The notes under the pieces were generated by a model that saw only the letters and a list, made by a program, of their open reading frames with translations, was not told the origin of the DNA and did not search any database. Below, in pieces: positions 50,851 through 60,736 of a stretch of 64,000 nt of DNA (position 1 is the stretch's first letter; the number at the start of each line of letters is the position of its first letter). The DNA comes from Pseudomonadota bacterium (GTDB lineage: Bacteria > Bdellovibrionota_B > Oligoflexia > Oligoflexales > RGVZ01). The stretch lies in the NCBI GenBank assembly GCA_041178085.1, contig JBEGVZ010000085.1, positions 64,001 through 128,000 on the forward strand, in the 5' to 3' direction. A program made the position numbers and the translations under genes.

Positions 50851-51321
50851 GTGAGAAGACTTCTAATCATGTTCGCCTGGGGTCTGTTGTTGGCCATCGA
50901 TGGTCAAGCCGGGACAAAAACTGGGTCCAATGGCAATCGCTCAAGCGCCCCGCAAATGGAACGGGTGGGTGGCAACTATGAATTGAAAGAGGTGTCGCGC
51001 AAGTGCAAGGGCAAATCAGCCAGCCCTTGTTTTCGCTTGCTGTTCACCGCGCTTGCGAAGACCGGTCGTTTCGATGAGCTGGTCCTTGAAAGCGATCATA
51101 TGAACGTCGCAGTCCGGAAGGGTGACCGTATCCGACTGTCAGCAGAAATTGCCGTCGACCGTGGGCGCACCGCTGAAGTTTCGCAGTTGGTTCTGTTTCG
51201 TGACGCAAAAAGCGGGATTCCTCCCGTATGGATGCTGTCGCGCAAGCACAAGGCTGGCAATGGCCCTGCCGCCCGTTACCTTGAGATGCATGCCCCGCAA
51301 AATGACTTCCGCGTGCTCTGA
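50851..51321 (+). CDS. Secreted hypothetical protein
   Basis: GTG start after ggggag; signal peptide; one Cys pair. Confidence 0.7.
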   Translation: MRRLLIMFAWGLLLAIDGQAGTKTGSNGNRSSAPQMERVGGNYELKEVSRKCKGKSASPCFRLLFTALAKTGRFDELVLESDHMNVAVRKGDRIRLSAEIAVDRGRTAEVSQLVLFRDAKSGIPPVWMLSRKHKAGNGPAARYLEMHAPQNDFRVL

Positions 51322-51323
51322 CG

Positions 51324-52388
51324 TTGTCACGCGAAGAGGAAATCGACGTTCCGATTCTGCCTGCTTCTGTTCAGCCGACAGGTGTGGACTACTGGCTTGG
51401 CACCATCTCCGGTCGCCTGATGGTGATCAACGCCCTTGTCTTTGCGGCCATGAGCTGGAAGTCAGGATCTTTGTTCCTGCCGACGAGGGAGGTCCTGCTT
51501 GAGTTCGGTGCCAAGGATCCGGCTGGCCTGGTCAATGGTGAATACTGGCGCTTCCTGACCCCGGTATTCGTGCATATTGGCATCATCCACTTCTTTTTTA
51601 ATTCCCTCGGACTCTATTACATCGGTTACCAGCTTGAGCGCATGCTTGGACGTCGCTGGTTCCTGGTCGTGTACCTTGCCGCTGGAATTGCCGGTAACAT
51701 TGCCAGTGCGGTGACCACAGTCGTGATGAGCGCGGGGGCTTCAGGGGCCCTTTTTGGCTTGCTCGGTAGCGGTTATGTTCTGGAGCGGATCATCGGGCGC
51801 CATATTGAGGCCATCACCGGTCGCCGCCCGCGCCGCCGGATATACGCAAGCATGGTGGTGGTAAACATTGTTTTCGGACTTCTCATTCCCGGGATCGACA
51901 ACGCAGCTCATATGGGCGGCCTGGTCACTGGCAGTGTGCTGACCTGGGCAATGCTGCACATCAGGCCGAATCGCTTGCAGTCAACCAACAAACCACGGGC
52001 CTGGGCCACTATCGGTGCACTCTTGGCGGTTTGTGTCGTGGGTGCAATCAGGTCTGTGGACGGACCGGCCGTGATCCGCCGCCTGGAGGTCGCAGCGGAA
52101 TCCGTTCAGTCGGCTGAACAAGGCGTATACTTCCTCGACCAGGCGCTGCGCATCGTGCCAGGTGACAGGCATCTGCTGATTGAACGGGTGAAGTTTGTGC
52201 TGATGTCCTCGGATCCGAAGTCGGCGATTCCAGATTTGCAAAAGTTGTCTGAGACTGAGGATGGGCGTGAGGAGATTTCCAGGTTGATTGAGGATTTCCG
52301 CCGCGAGGGCCTTACCAGACAGGTTCGTTTCCTCGAATTTTTCCTCGGCATTCCAGGCAAGGACAGCGGGCCCCGGGAACCCATCTGA
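51324..52388 (+). CDS. Rhomboid-family intramembrane serine protease with C-terminal TPR-like tail
   Basis: EYWRFLT..FVHIGIIH..N, SAGASG and AAHMGG. Confidence 0.93.
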   Translation: MSREEEIDVPILPASVQPTGVDYWLGTISGRLMVINALVFAAMSWKSGSLFLPTREVLLEFGAKDPAGLVNGEYWRFLTPVFVHIGIIHFFFNSLGLYYIGYQLERMLGRRWFLVVYLAAGIAGNIASAVTTVVMSAGASGALFGLLGSGYVLERIIGRHIEAITGRRPRRRIYASMVVVNIVFGLLIPGIDNAAHMGGLVTGSVLTWAMLHIRPNRLQSTNKPRAWATIGALLAVCVVGAIRSVDGPAVIRRLEVAAESVQSAEQGVYFLDQALRIVPGDRHLLIERVKFVLMSSDPKSAIPDLQKLSETEDGREEISRLIEDFRREGLTRQVRFLEFFLGIPGKDSGPREPI

Positions 52389-52397
52389 AATTCACCG

Positions 52398-53072
52398 TTA
52401 CGCAGCGAGCACTTCCACTTTTTGCTGCCAGGATTTCCGGTAAAGCTGGCGCAAGTGGGCCCGAACTTCGGGGTGATCGAGTGGACTCATGTTCCCGGCA
52501 ATCGCCGACGTGATGGCAGGTTTCAAGTGACGGAACCAAAGACATTCAAAATAGTGTGTGGCCTCTGCATACCGGAGGGCATCTTCCGCCGGCAGATCTG
52601 TGCGAACCCTGAAGCTTCCAGATAGTATGTTGTGTAGCCGGTGCAGTGTTGCGGCAAAATTACCGCCGCCCGAGAAGTGCGCGAGCACGACCAGCTTATC
52701 GACTTCGCCTTGCCATTCCAGTTCAAGCTTGCTCGTCTCAAGTCCTGCGTTTGCCCGCTGGACGACGAGGTGAAAATGACTGATTTCCTCGATGACTACA
52801 GCAAGTGCCGACAGTTGTTGTGAGTTGATCTTGCTTCCTGGCGAGATGTTCTTGATACCCTCCGCGGCGGTTTCGTTGATTTCCACGCCAAGGAAAAGTG
52901 TGTCCTCTGTCAGGACAAGCAACCTTCCGCCTGGTGGTTCATCTTTCTCCGCCGGCACGAGTGGCAGCAAAAAATTACCAGCGTCGAATCCCAGTGATAG
53001 ATCGTAGTAACTCGCAAGCCTGCCTTCGATTTGCTGGATGATTGCGCGGACATGGCCGGGAATATTTGCCAT
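52398..53072 (-). CDS. Uncharacterised protein with EExSH...ELExQxEVDK motif
   Basis: VIEEISHFHL and SKLELEWQGEVDK; starts 8 nt after the partner gene. Confidence 0.75.
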   Translation of the reverse strand: MANIPGHVRAIIQQIEGRLASYYDLSLGFDAGNFLLPLVPAEKDEPPGGRLLVLTEDTLFLGVEINETAAEGIKNISPGSKINSQQLSALAVVIEEISHFHLVVQRANAGLETSKLELEWQGEVDKLVVLAHFSGGGNFAATLHRLHNILSGSFRVRTDLPAEDALRYAEATHYFECLWFRHLKPAITSAIAGNMSPLDHPEVRAHLRQLYRKSWQQKVEVLAA

Positions 53073-53079
53073 GGGCCAT

Positions 53080-53697
53080 TCACTGGGCAATCTTGTAGGG
53101 CACTTCGATTGCATCGATGCCCTGGTCCGCAAGGATCCTGCGTAATCTTTCGGACTGACTCTTGGTCCACCGGTCATAGACATTGAGTATGTCGACAGGT
53201 CCCTTGCCCTTTGCCTGCTCGGAAACCTCTGCGACGACGTCGACCGCCTTGACGAAATTATCGGCGAGGGCAGTCAGGGTTTCCCTGCGCGCACCTTCGG
53301 GGCGGCTGGCATTCATGCACTTTGCCGCTTGTTCATAACCAGTCCGGCCAAGGGCAATGTAGTAGTCGATGGCAAACGTCTTGCGGTTGAAGAAGTCCTG
53401 AAAAAAACCTGTGATGTAGAGGCTGGTATCACCCAGGGCACGGTACAAACCGGGCTTTTGCGCATCGGGGGCTTCCGACGCATCCCGCAGCATGAATGCG
53501 AGGGGCTTTTCAAAAAACGTGGATTCCTGTCCACCCTGCTCGCCTGATGCCTGGATCGCAACGTAGGAGGCAAGCAGATTGACGATGTAAAACTGAACGT
53601 CGTCAGTCAGTTCAACCTTCAGGGTTGTTCGTGCCTCGAGCACTTTTTCTTGAAAGTACTCCTGCGGGGATACCGTCAAACGAATTTCGGGACCCAT
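53080..53697 (-). CDS. Conserved uncharacterised helical protein (GDxSLYxxGFF..DYY family)
   Basis: YIVNLL, YRALGDTSLYITGFF, IDYYIALG and YDRW. Confidence 0.82.
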   Translation of the reverse strand: MGPEIRLTVSPQEYFQEKVLEARTTLKVELTDDVQFYIVNLLASYVAIQASGEQGGQESTFFEKPLAFMLRDASEAPDAQKPGLYRALGDTSLYITGFFQDFFNRKTFAIDYYIALGRTGYEQAAKCMNASRPEGARRETLTALADNFVKAVDVVAEVSEQAKGKGPVDILNVYDRWTKSQSERLRRILADQGIDAIEVPYKIAQ

Positions 53698-53746
53698 CGC
53701 TCACCTTACCTGACCGGCACCGGAATTGGCCACCCGGCCAATTCTA

Positions 53747-53773
53747 TTATCGGCCATTTTGAGGTTCTCTTGA
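53747..53773 (-). promoter_or_regulatory. Sigma-28 (FliA)-type promoter
   Basis: Minus strand TCAA-N15-GCCGATAA (perfect -10), 49 nt before ATG 53697. Confidence 0.75.
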
Positions 53774-53874
53774 AAGAGGTGTCATTACGGGGCTTTAGGA
53801 AGAAAAAAAGGCCACCTTTTTGGGTCTTCGAGAAAAATTTCGCCATTCTCCGGTGATGTTGATAGGTTCGAGCC

Positions 53875-54240
53875 ATGACGACGGACAATACATCCCGGAA
53901 TCCATCCACTGATCGCCTCGGCCTTGAGGAGATCGTCCACCTGGCAAACAAGATCGGGTTGGAATACGCCTCCGCACGCAAGGAAGCAGATCGCCTTGAA
54001 CTGCTTAAACCCACGATCCGCGCGCGCATCATGCTGCGAATTGATGATGGGGAAATGAGCGAATCAAGGCTGCGCCGCCTTACCGAGACAGATCCCGAGT
54101 ACGTGGAATTCATCGAGAAAATGGCTGAAACTCGCGGCGAGGCTGAGAAGCTTCGCGTACGTTATGAATCATACAAGAATCTCTTCGAGGCCAAGCGCAG
54201 CTTGCTGAGCTACCAGAAGGCCGAGATGAAACTGGTGTGA
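53875..54240 (+). CDS. Small coiled-coil protein (possible UvsY-like)
   Basis: All-helical 121 aa ORF with TDPEY and RSLLSYQKAEMKL. Confidence 0.75.
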   Translation: MTTDNTSRNPSTDRLGLEEIVHLANKIGLEYASARKEADRLELLKPTIRARIMLRIDDGEMSESRLRRLTETDPEYVEFIEKMAETRGEAEKLRVRYESYKNLFEAKRSLLSYQKAEMKLV

Positions 54241-54266
54241 AATTTTTTGCGGGCGACGGCTGTTGG

Positions 54267-55232
54267 CTACTTCCTCACCCGCAGCTTTTCCCGTGATTGT
54301 TCGAGCTGGGGCAGCAAGTCCGGATCAGTAGAAGCCAGCTTCATGAAAATTTCGAAATGTTTTTTCGCCTGCTGGGGATTTTTATCTTCAAGGACTTCTC
54401 CCAGCATGAAGTGGGCTTCCGCCATCTCAGGCCTGACACGAATGGCCTTTTCAAGAAAGTCAGAAGCCTTGTCCATTTGTCCCTTATGCCGCGAGACGCG
54501 GGCCATTCCGTAAAGCGCGCTGGCGGTCAGCGGGGCCTCTCTCAGGGCAGCGGCGTAGGCGTCTCCGGCACGCGCATGGTTGCCGGTCTCAAGGAAAACA
54601 TCCCCTTCAACGCTCCTCAGAAACGGAAGCGCCGTTCGGTCGCTGCCCCTTGCGGCAAGCTGTACCGTTTGCAAGGCCTCATCAAATCGCCTGAGCTTGA
54701 TCATCGTGCGGGCCACGATGACGGCCGCCTGCGGGTCTTTCGGATCGATCTCCTGGAGTTTCCGTCCGTTGGTGAGGGCCTCGGCGTAGTAGCGGATCTT
54801 GTAGAAGCTCCAGGCAAGTGCCTTGAGCGCACGGGGGTCGGCAGGTCGTGCCCGCAGCGACTGCTGATAGCGGTAAATTGCATCGCCGTAGCGACCCTCT
54901 GCCCTGCAGGCTTCGCCTAGATAGTAGTTGGCATCGAAATCGGACGGGTACCGTTCCGCGGCTTTTTCAAGGCTTCTGATTGCATTTGGATAGTCGCCTG
55001 TCTTCACTTGCATGATGCCAAGGTTACGTAAGGCAGCCGCATTACCTGGTTCGACTGCAAGTGCCTTCCGGTACTGATCCATCGCTTCCCGCAGTAGTCC
55101 CTGTTTTGCATATTCATTGCCAAGGGTGACAGCGGAGCTGCCCGAGGTGGTTTGGCACCCTGAAAACACGGAAAAAGTCGTGATCAGCATGATCAGGACA
55201 GGCAGAAACCCGCGGATAACGCTTGATGCCAT
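54267..55232 (-). CDS. TPR lipoprotein
   Basis: Lipobox-like FSG-C followed by canonical TPRs. Confidence 0.88.
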   Translation of the reverse strand: MASSVIRGFLPVLIMLITTFSVFSGCQTTSGSSAVTLGNEYAKQGLLREAMDQYRKALAVEPGNAAALRNLGIMQVKTGDYPNAIRSLEKAAERYPSDFDANYYLGEACRAEGRYGDAIYRYQQSLRARPADPRALKALAWSFYKIRYYAEALTNGRKLQEIDPKDPQAAVIVARTMIKLRRFDEALQTVQLAARGSDRTALPFLRSVEGDVFLETGNHARAGDAYAAALREAPLTASALYGMARVSRHKGQMDKASDFLEKAIRVRPEMAEAHFMLGEVLEDKNPQQAKKHFEIFMKLASTDPDLLPQLEQSREKLRVRK

Positions 55233-55330
55233 CAGTCAGGCCTCCAGAAAAGTGGGAGAGACCAGACCATTCTATCAGGATTTGACAGTAGATTGTCCCA
55301 AAGCCAGGCTCGGGGACCCTGCGGGGCGAG

Positions 55331-55669
55331 TCAGATGCCGTCTTTTACGTAGCGTTCCTCGTAAAGGGACCAGCAACGGTCGTCTGAGGAATAGAATGCC
55401 AACACGACCTGGTTGTGCTGGTATTCCTTGTACTTGGCTAGACGGTAAACGTAGTAGCGTAGCTTTGTCGCTCCGCTCCTTCCGCTTACCATTCGGTCTG
55501 GCGCGGGCATGAAGTCATCGAGAAAATAGCACTCGTTGGGTGTATTCTTGAGGAACGGCAGCGCTACCGGCTCTTCCGGCTTGACCGCTACGCTTGCCTG
55601 GCAAGCAGTCAGTAAAACAAGCCCGGTGAGGGCAGCGAACCTTAGCAAATTTTGATGTCTCGTTCTCAT
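55331..55669 (-). CDS. Small hypothetical lipoprotein
   Basis: Lipobox LTA-C; aromatic-rich body with two further Cys. Confidence 0.72.
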   Translation of the reverse strand: MRTRHQNLLRFAALTGLVLLTACQASVAVKPEEPVALPFLKNTPNECYFLDDFMPAPDRMVSGRSGATKLRYYVYRLAKYKEYQHNQVVLAFYSSDDRCWSLYEERYVKDGI

Positions 55670-55687
55670 GTAAGGGGGATCGGCACC

Positions 55688-56977
55688 ATGTGGGACAAGC
55701 TTAAGCGCAAGGGGCCAGTCATTTTTCGCAGTTTGGCGAAATTCTCACCATTTTCCCGCAAAAACGTGGTCTTTGGTATCACCGTTTTTTTGTGTCCAGC
55801 CTGCGCGCTGTTCCAGGGCAAGGAAAAATACACGTGGGCTGAACTTGATGGAGCGCGCGATTTGGAATGCATTGAGTGGCCAGGTGTGGAGGATATGGCT
55901 TCCCTGGCTGACGTGGTTATTCAGGGTCCGCAGGGTGCAAGCGGCGTGGGCAGCGTGGTCGGAACTGGCATCGACCGGAAAGGTCGTCATGCCTTGGCTA
56001 TTGGAAGGTTCAGGCCTGCCAAAAGTCTGTCATCCGACGATGTCGCCGTACTGTCTTTTAAAGGAAAACCTCCACGGATCATCCAGGGCAACTGCGCCCT
56101 TGGGTCGCGACAGGAATTTTCTCCTGACACTCCGGATGAAATCCGTGAGTCCCCTCTTTTCCTTCTGACCAATGGCGAGCCGGAGTCGCTGCAGCTGCGA
56201 CGTGCAGCGGACAACAATGTGCTTGCAACCAGCGCGCCCTTGCCTGCGGCAGTGCGCGCCGACACCGCAATTGCCACCGGAACCGGATGCATGCTGATGG
56301 CGCGTGACGAGGAAGATCAGCCAAGTCTGTTTCACGTGCAGGATGGAGACAAGCTGCTGCCAGTCAACCTCGCTGCCATGAAAGTCCCCTTTCCCAAGGG
56401 AAGGTGGCTCAAGGCGACACGCCAGAAGGATCAAAGTGTCTTGGTTGTGGCAGTCCCTGGCGACGGTTTGAAGGGGGCTCAGGAAGTCCCGTGGGCATTG
56501 ATACACGGATCGGCCCTGAAATCGGCCGGTGTCGTGAGCTTCAAAACGGCCTTGGGGGTAGACGGCGCGGACGTTCTGCCGGTTGAGGGCGGCATCTACT
56601 TGATTGCCGTGGGCGGTGACAGCCTGGTCGGGGAGGCCAAACTTCATCTTTCTTTTTACAATGCAGATCAGCAAGTTACGGCTCCGGTATGGTCCCATAC
56701 CGTGACGTTGGAGCATGTTCATTTGGCGCCCCCGCGCCTGGTTCGCAGGGGACCAACGGGCGCCTTTGCCCTGCTCCCGAAATGGGTTGACCGCGAGAGT
56801 ACCGTTGGGTCATACAGGCTGAGCCCCAAGGGTTTCAAGCAGTCCGAAAACCGGGGGGTTTTTCCGGAGCCAGCGAGCATCCTGGACACAGTAGAGACGT
56901 CCGTTGGCGCTTTGGCCCTGGTAAAGTTCAGGCGAGATAAAGACTGGCAACATAACCTTTGTGAAATCGACTGGTGA
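55688..56977 (+). CDS. Hypothetical (probable lipoprotein, beta-rich)
   Basis: Long ORF; hydrophobic stretch ending CPA-C; start uncertain; overlaps the mqnP start. Confidence 0.68.
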   Translation: MWDKLKRKGPVIFRSLAKFSPFSRKNVVFGITVFLCPACALFQGKEKYTWAELDGARDLECIEWPGVEDMASLADVVIQGPQGASGVGSVVGTGIDRKGRHALAIGRFRPAKSLSSDDVAVLSFKGKPPRIIQGNCALGSRQEFSPDTPDEIRESPLFLLTNGEPESLQLRRAADNNVLATSAPLPAAVRADTAIATGTGCMLMARDEEDQPSLFHVQDGDKLLPVNLAAMKVPFPKGRWLKATRQKDQSVLVVAVPGDGLKGAQEVPWALIHGSALKSAGVVSFKTALGVDGADVLPVEGGIYLIAVGGDSLVGEAKLHLSFYNADQQVTAPVWSHTVTLEHVHLAPPRLVRRGPTGAFALLPKWVDRESTVGSYRLSPKGFKQSENRGVFPEPASILDTVETSVGALALVKFRRDKDWQHNLCEIDW

Positions 56978-57863
56978 TTTTTTCGTGTCTGTGCGCAGCC
57001 ATCCCATTGCAGTTTTTGCTGGCGACATAAAGATCGCCCATTCCATCTTTGCGCTGCCCTTTGCCATCGTCGGGGTAATCCTTTCTGGTGCGGGCCTGCC
57101 AACGCCTGAAACAGTGTCATTGCTGCTGGTGGCCATGGTCTCAGCTCGAAGTTTCGCCATGGGTGCAAACCGCCTGCTCGATGCGGATGTCGATGCGATG
57201 AACCCAAGGACGCGGATGCGTGCAGTTCCTTCTGGCCGCCTTGATTTGCGCTCAGGATGGATCATCACGGTTGCGGCCGCCGCAGTGTTCATCGCCGCGG
57301 CTTTTGCCCTGTCGCCACTTTGTGGTGGGTTGTCTTTTCCGCTGCTCTTGATTCTTGCTTTCTACTCACACATGAAGCGCCTCAGCTGGCTCACCCACTG
57401 GTATCTCGGACTTTGCCTTGGCCTTGCACCGGTGGCCGCCTCGATCGCATTGACCGGCGGGGTAACTTTGCCTGCGGTGCTCGTTGCTATCGCGGTGACC
57501 ATGTGGACAGCCGGCTTTGACATTCTTTACTCACTGCAGGACCGGTCTTTTGATGAAGAAAATGGGCTGCACAGCGTGCCAGCACGCTTCGGTGTCAGAC
57601 GCTCACTTTGGATCAGCCGTATCGCCTTTGGTGCGATGATTGCCCTGCTTCTTGCCGCCGGTATTCTGTCTGGGGCCGGGCTTCCATGGTATGCGGGTGT
57701 TGCTGGAGTTGCAGCACTTCTGTGCTGGGAGCATTGGATATTGCGTGACTCGGCGGGCACGGTTGATGGCAAGATCATCGACAAAGCTTTCTTCACTGCG
57801 AATGCCTGGGTCAGTGTTGTTTTCTGTGCAGCCGCAGTCCTTGACCGGGTGATCGCGCAATGA
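56961..57863 (+). CDS. mqnP: UbiA-family prenyltransferase, MqnP type (futalosine menaquinone pathway)
   Basis: IKIAHSIFALPFA, ARSFAMGANRLLDADVDAMNPRT and GFDILYSLQD. Confidence 0.88.
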   Translation: MKSTGDFFVSVRSHPIAVFAGDIKIAHSIFALPFAIVGVILSGAGLPTPETVSLLLVAMVSARSFAMGANRLLDADVDAMNPRTRMRAVPSGRLDLRSGWIITVAAAAVFIAAAFALSPLCGGLSFPLLLILAFYSHMKRLSWLTHWYLGLCLGLAPVAASIALTGGVTLPAVLVAIAVTMWTAGFDILYSLQDRSFDEENGLHSVPARFGVRRSLWISRIAFGAMIALLLAAGILSGAGLPWYAGVAGVAALLCWEHWILRDSAGTVDGKIIDKAFFTANAWVSVVFCAAAVLDRVIAQ

Positions 57864-58498
57864 ACCAGGCTTCGATTCCTTCGCGCAGACTTTTGATCGG
57901 TATCACCGGTGCGTCGGGAAGCATTTACGCAGAACGCTTGATCCAGCAATGTATCAAGACATTTCCGCGGATTTACATCGTTGCTACGGACGCGGCCGTC
58001 AAGGTCGCAGAGCATGAACTTTCCAGACCCTCCGGTGATGCGGTCGATGGATTTTCACTCAGGCAGGCGTTTGCAGGAGACGTGAAGCCGGAATACCGAG
58101 ACATCATTCGCTTGCTCAAGAACGACGATCTGTTTGCTCCGGTTGCAAGTGGTTCTTCGGCTCCTACAGACATGGTAGTAGTTCCGTGTTCGATGGGGTC
58201 ATTGGCGCGGATTGCCCAAGGGCAGTCAACCAACCTTCTGGAGCGCGCTGCCGATGTCGTGCTCAAGCAGCGCCGTCGCCTGGTCATGGTCCCGCGGGAA
58301 ACGCCTTTGAACAGCATACACCTGCGGAACATGCTAACGCTTAGTGACATGGGCGTGGCGATGGTTCCCGCCATGCCAGCCTTTTACCAGTATCCAAAGT
58401 CCGTGGACGACATGATCGATTTTGTTGTTGGCCGCATCTTGGAGCTGATCGATGTCGATCATGAACTCTACCGGCCCTGGAACGCGCGCCTGCGCTGA
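57860..58498 (+). CDS. ubiX: Flavin prenyltransferase
   Basis: GITGASG, ASGS, PCSMGSL, VPRETP and PAFY. Confidence 0.95.
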   Translation: MNQASIPSRRLLIGITGASGSIYAERLIQQCIKTFPRIYIVATDAAVKVAEHELSRPSGDAVDGFSLRQAFAGDVKPEYRDIIRLLKNDDLFAPVASGSSAPTDMVVVPCSMGSLARIAQGQSTNLLERAADVVLKQRRRLVMVPRETPLNSIHLRNMLTLSDMGVAMVPAMPAFYQYPKSVDDMIDFVVGRILELIDVDHELYRPWNARLR

Positions 58499-58518
58499 TC
58501 AGCGTTCATTCTGGCAAA

Positions 58519-59751
58519 TCATTTGAGTAGCTGTGCGTTAACAAACCCTGCCTTGTGCAGGGCATCCATGATACCCCGCTGATGTTCCCGGCCAGTTGTC
58601 TCGAGGTCCACATCCACGCGGACCTCGTCGTAATACGACAGTCCTGACATCCGGTTGTGGACGACCTCCATCAGGTTTCCGCCCTGCTTGCTCAAGATGT
58701 CAAGGAACTGAACGAGCTTGCCCGGCCGGTCTTCAATGATGCAAGAAAGCTGCATGAGACGTCCGGAGCGCACGAGGCCACGGGCGGTAATTTTTTGGAT
58801 CAGGTTCACGTCGATGTTGCCTCCCGACACGATGCAGACAATCGATTCAGGCTTTGTCGCATCCGTCCGGATTTTGCCCGCACCTGCAAGCTTGACCAGC
58901 GCGGCAGCTGTGACAGCGCCACAACCCTCTGCCAGCAAATGATCGTGTTCCATCAGTGCCATCAGCGAGTCAGCGATTTCGTCCTCGGATACGAGGATCA
59001 CTTCATCGACGCATTTCTGGATCAGGTCGAACGTAAGTTCACTTGGCTTCTTCACGGCAATGCCATCTGCGATGGTACGATGCTTCTCTGCCGGGATGAT
59101 TTTACCCGCCTGCAGACTTTTTTGGACGGACGGGTAGGCCTCTGTCTGGACTCCGATGATCCGGGTCTCTGGACGTTTCTGCTTGTAGGCGCAGGCAATG
59201 CCGCTGATCAGGCCGCCGCCGCCAATAGGGATGATGATCGTGGTTGCATCGGGCACCTGCTCAAAAAGTTCCAGTGCTACAGTCCCCTGCCCGGCAATCA
59301 CCAGCGGGTCATCAAATGCGTGTACGAACCGCGCCCCCGTTTTCTTCTGGAACTCGATGGCTGCGTTGTAGGCTTCGTCGTAACTGTCACCTTGCATCAC
59401 GATCGATGCCCCAAGGTTACGGGTTGACTGTGCCTTTACGAATGGTGTCCTGGCAGGCATGAAGATGGTCGCCCCGACTCCCAGTCGCCGGCAAATGTGG
59501 GCGACTCCCTGCGCATGATTCCCCGCGCTGGCAGCAACTACCCCCTTTTCCAGATCGCCACGCGGCGTCGAAAGCAGGGAATTGGTGGCACCCCTGATCT
59601 TGAAGGAACCCGAGAGGTTCAGATTTTCAAGTTTCAAGTGAACTTTAGATTTCGCCAAATCTTCGAGGAAATAGGAGCGTTTTACGGGAGTTGGCGTAAC
59701 CACTTCCCCGATTCGACGGTGCGCATCGATGATCTTCGAGATGTCAATCAT
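58519..59751 (-). CDS. ilvA: Threonine ammonia-lyase with C-terminal ACT domain
   Basis: KLENL..SGSFKIRGA, ASAGNHAQG, IGGGGLISG, SGGNID and ACT motif DRPGKL. Confidence 0.93.
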   Translation of the reverse strand: MIDISKIIDAHRRIGEVVTPTPVKRSYFLEDLAKSKVHLKLENLNLSGSFKIRGATNSLLSTPRGDLEKGVVAASAGNHAQGVAHICRRLGVGATIFMPARTPFVKAQSTRNLGASIVMQGDSYDEAYNAAIEFQKKTGARFVHAFDDPLVIAGQGTVALELFEQVPDATTIIIPIGGGGLISGIACAYKQKRPETRIIGVQTEAYPSVQKSLQAGKIIPAEKHRTIADGIAVKKPSELTFDLIQKCVDEVILVSEDEIADSLMALMEHDHLLAEGCGAVTAAALVKLAGAGKIRTDATKPESIVCIVSGGNIDVNLIQKITARGLVRSGRLMQLSCIIEDRPGKLVQFLDILSKQGGNLMEVVHNRMSGLSYYDEVRVDVDLETTGREHQRGIMDALHKAGFVNAQLLK

Positions 59752-59826
59752 GAACGTTTGCCATTTCCCCGGGCTAAAATAAGAAAACCGGCCCTTAAAC
59801 TTATCGCGACCTTTCAGGAGTTCGCA

Positions 59827-60591
59827 ATGGCTGTCGTCTGGATCGTCGAGAACCCAACACCAAACAGCAGTGGCCTGACCCGCCTTGTGTGCGGAATAGC
59901 GGCCGTACGGGCCTTCGCCTCCGTCCGCTCCCTGGTCAGGGTGTCGGCTTGCGATCCTATCCCTGCCGGGGCTGCACCCCGGGTGATTCTCGTGGACCAG
60001 ACACAATTGCCTGACGCTGGCGCGCTTACTCCGGTGGCAAGGGAACTTTGCAATATCTTTGCGCGCAACGGGTGGCCGGAGCCAGCGGTGGTGCTGGTGG
60101 GTTCAGGGGCAGAGCCGCTTGAGTATCCGGTGGCGGCATCCATCTCGGCCCATCAGGCGGTCGATTGTGTTCGTCAATTGATCTCCATCAGTCGTGACCC
60201 TGTCAGCGTGGCCCGCCAGTTACGGTCTGGCGATCTATTGCTCGACCTGGATGGTTGCCGGGTAAGCTGCATTGCCTGTGGTGCGAAGGATAGCCTTTCC
60301 CCGACGGAGTCCCGCCTGTTGCGCGCGCTCCTCGAGCAGGGCGAAGCCGTCGCCACAAGGAAGACGGTCATGGATGCCGTATGGGGGGGGACTCGCGTCG
60401 CCGCCCGAACTCTTGATGCCCATGTGTCACGCTTGCGTAAGAGAATCGAATTCACCGGTATGAGGATCGAAAGCTCCTACGGCGACGGGTACCGATTGAC
60501 CAATAGCGGGGGATGCGAGGCGGCCCGTGGCCGCTTGACCGCCTCGCGTGGCGGTTCGACCAGCATTGGTCGCGCGGCTAAATCCGTGTAA
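59827..60591 (+). CDS. OmpR/PhoB-type winged-helix regulator with degenerate receiver domain
   Basis: LSPTESRLL..VWG..RTLDAHVSRLRK..YGDGY; RBS aggag. Confidence 0.85.
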   Translation: MAVVWIVENPTPNSSGLTRLVCGIAAVRAFASVRSLVRVSACDPIPAGAAPRVILVDQTQLPDAGALTPVARELCNIFARNGWPEPAVVLVGSGAEPLEYPVAASISAHQAVDCVRQLISISRDPVSVARQLRSGDLLLDLDGCRVSCIACGAKDSLSPTESRLLRALLEQGEAVATRKTVMDAVWGGTRVAARTLDAHVSRLRKRIEFTGMRIESSYGDGYRLTNSGGCEAARGRLTASRGGSTSIGRAAKSV

Positions 60592-60736
60592 GGCATGGAC
60601 CGGGCCAATTTGGCGCGGTCTCAAGTTGCTGATTTCCTGTCTTGTTGTTATTTCCGCAATGAATGGTGGCGGGATCTTTGACCGCCCTTGGCTCGCGGCC
60701 GGTGCCATGATCCCGGTCGCAACTGGAGTTTTTACG

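Noticed and set aside
60610..60631. Sigma-54 promoter before the NtrC-family gene
   Set aside because: TGGCGC and TTGCT are 9 nt apart instead of the required 5.
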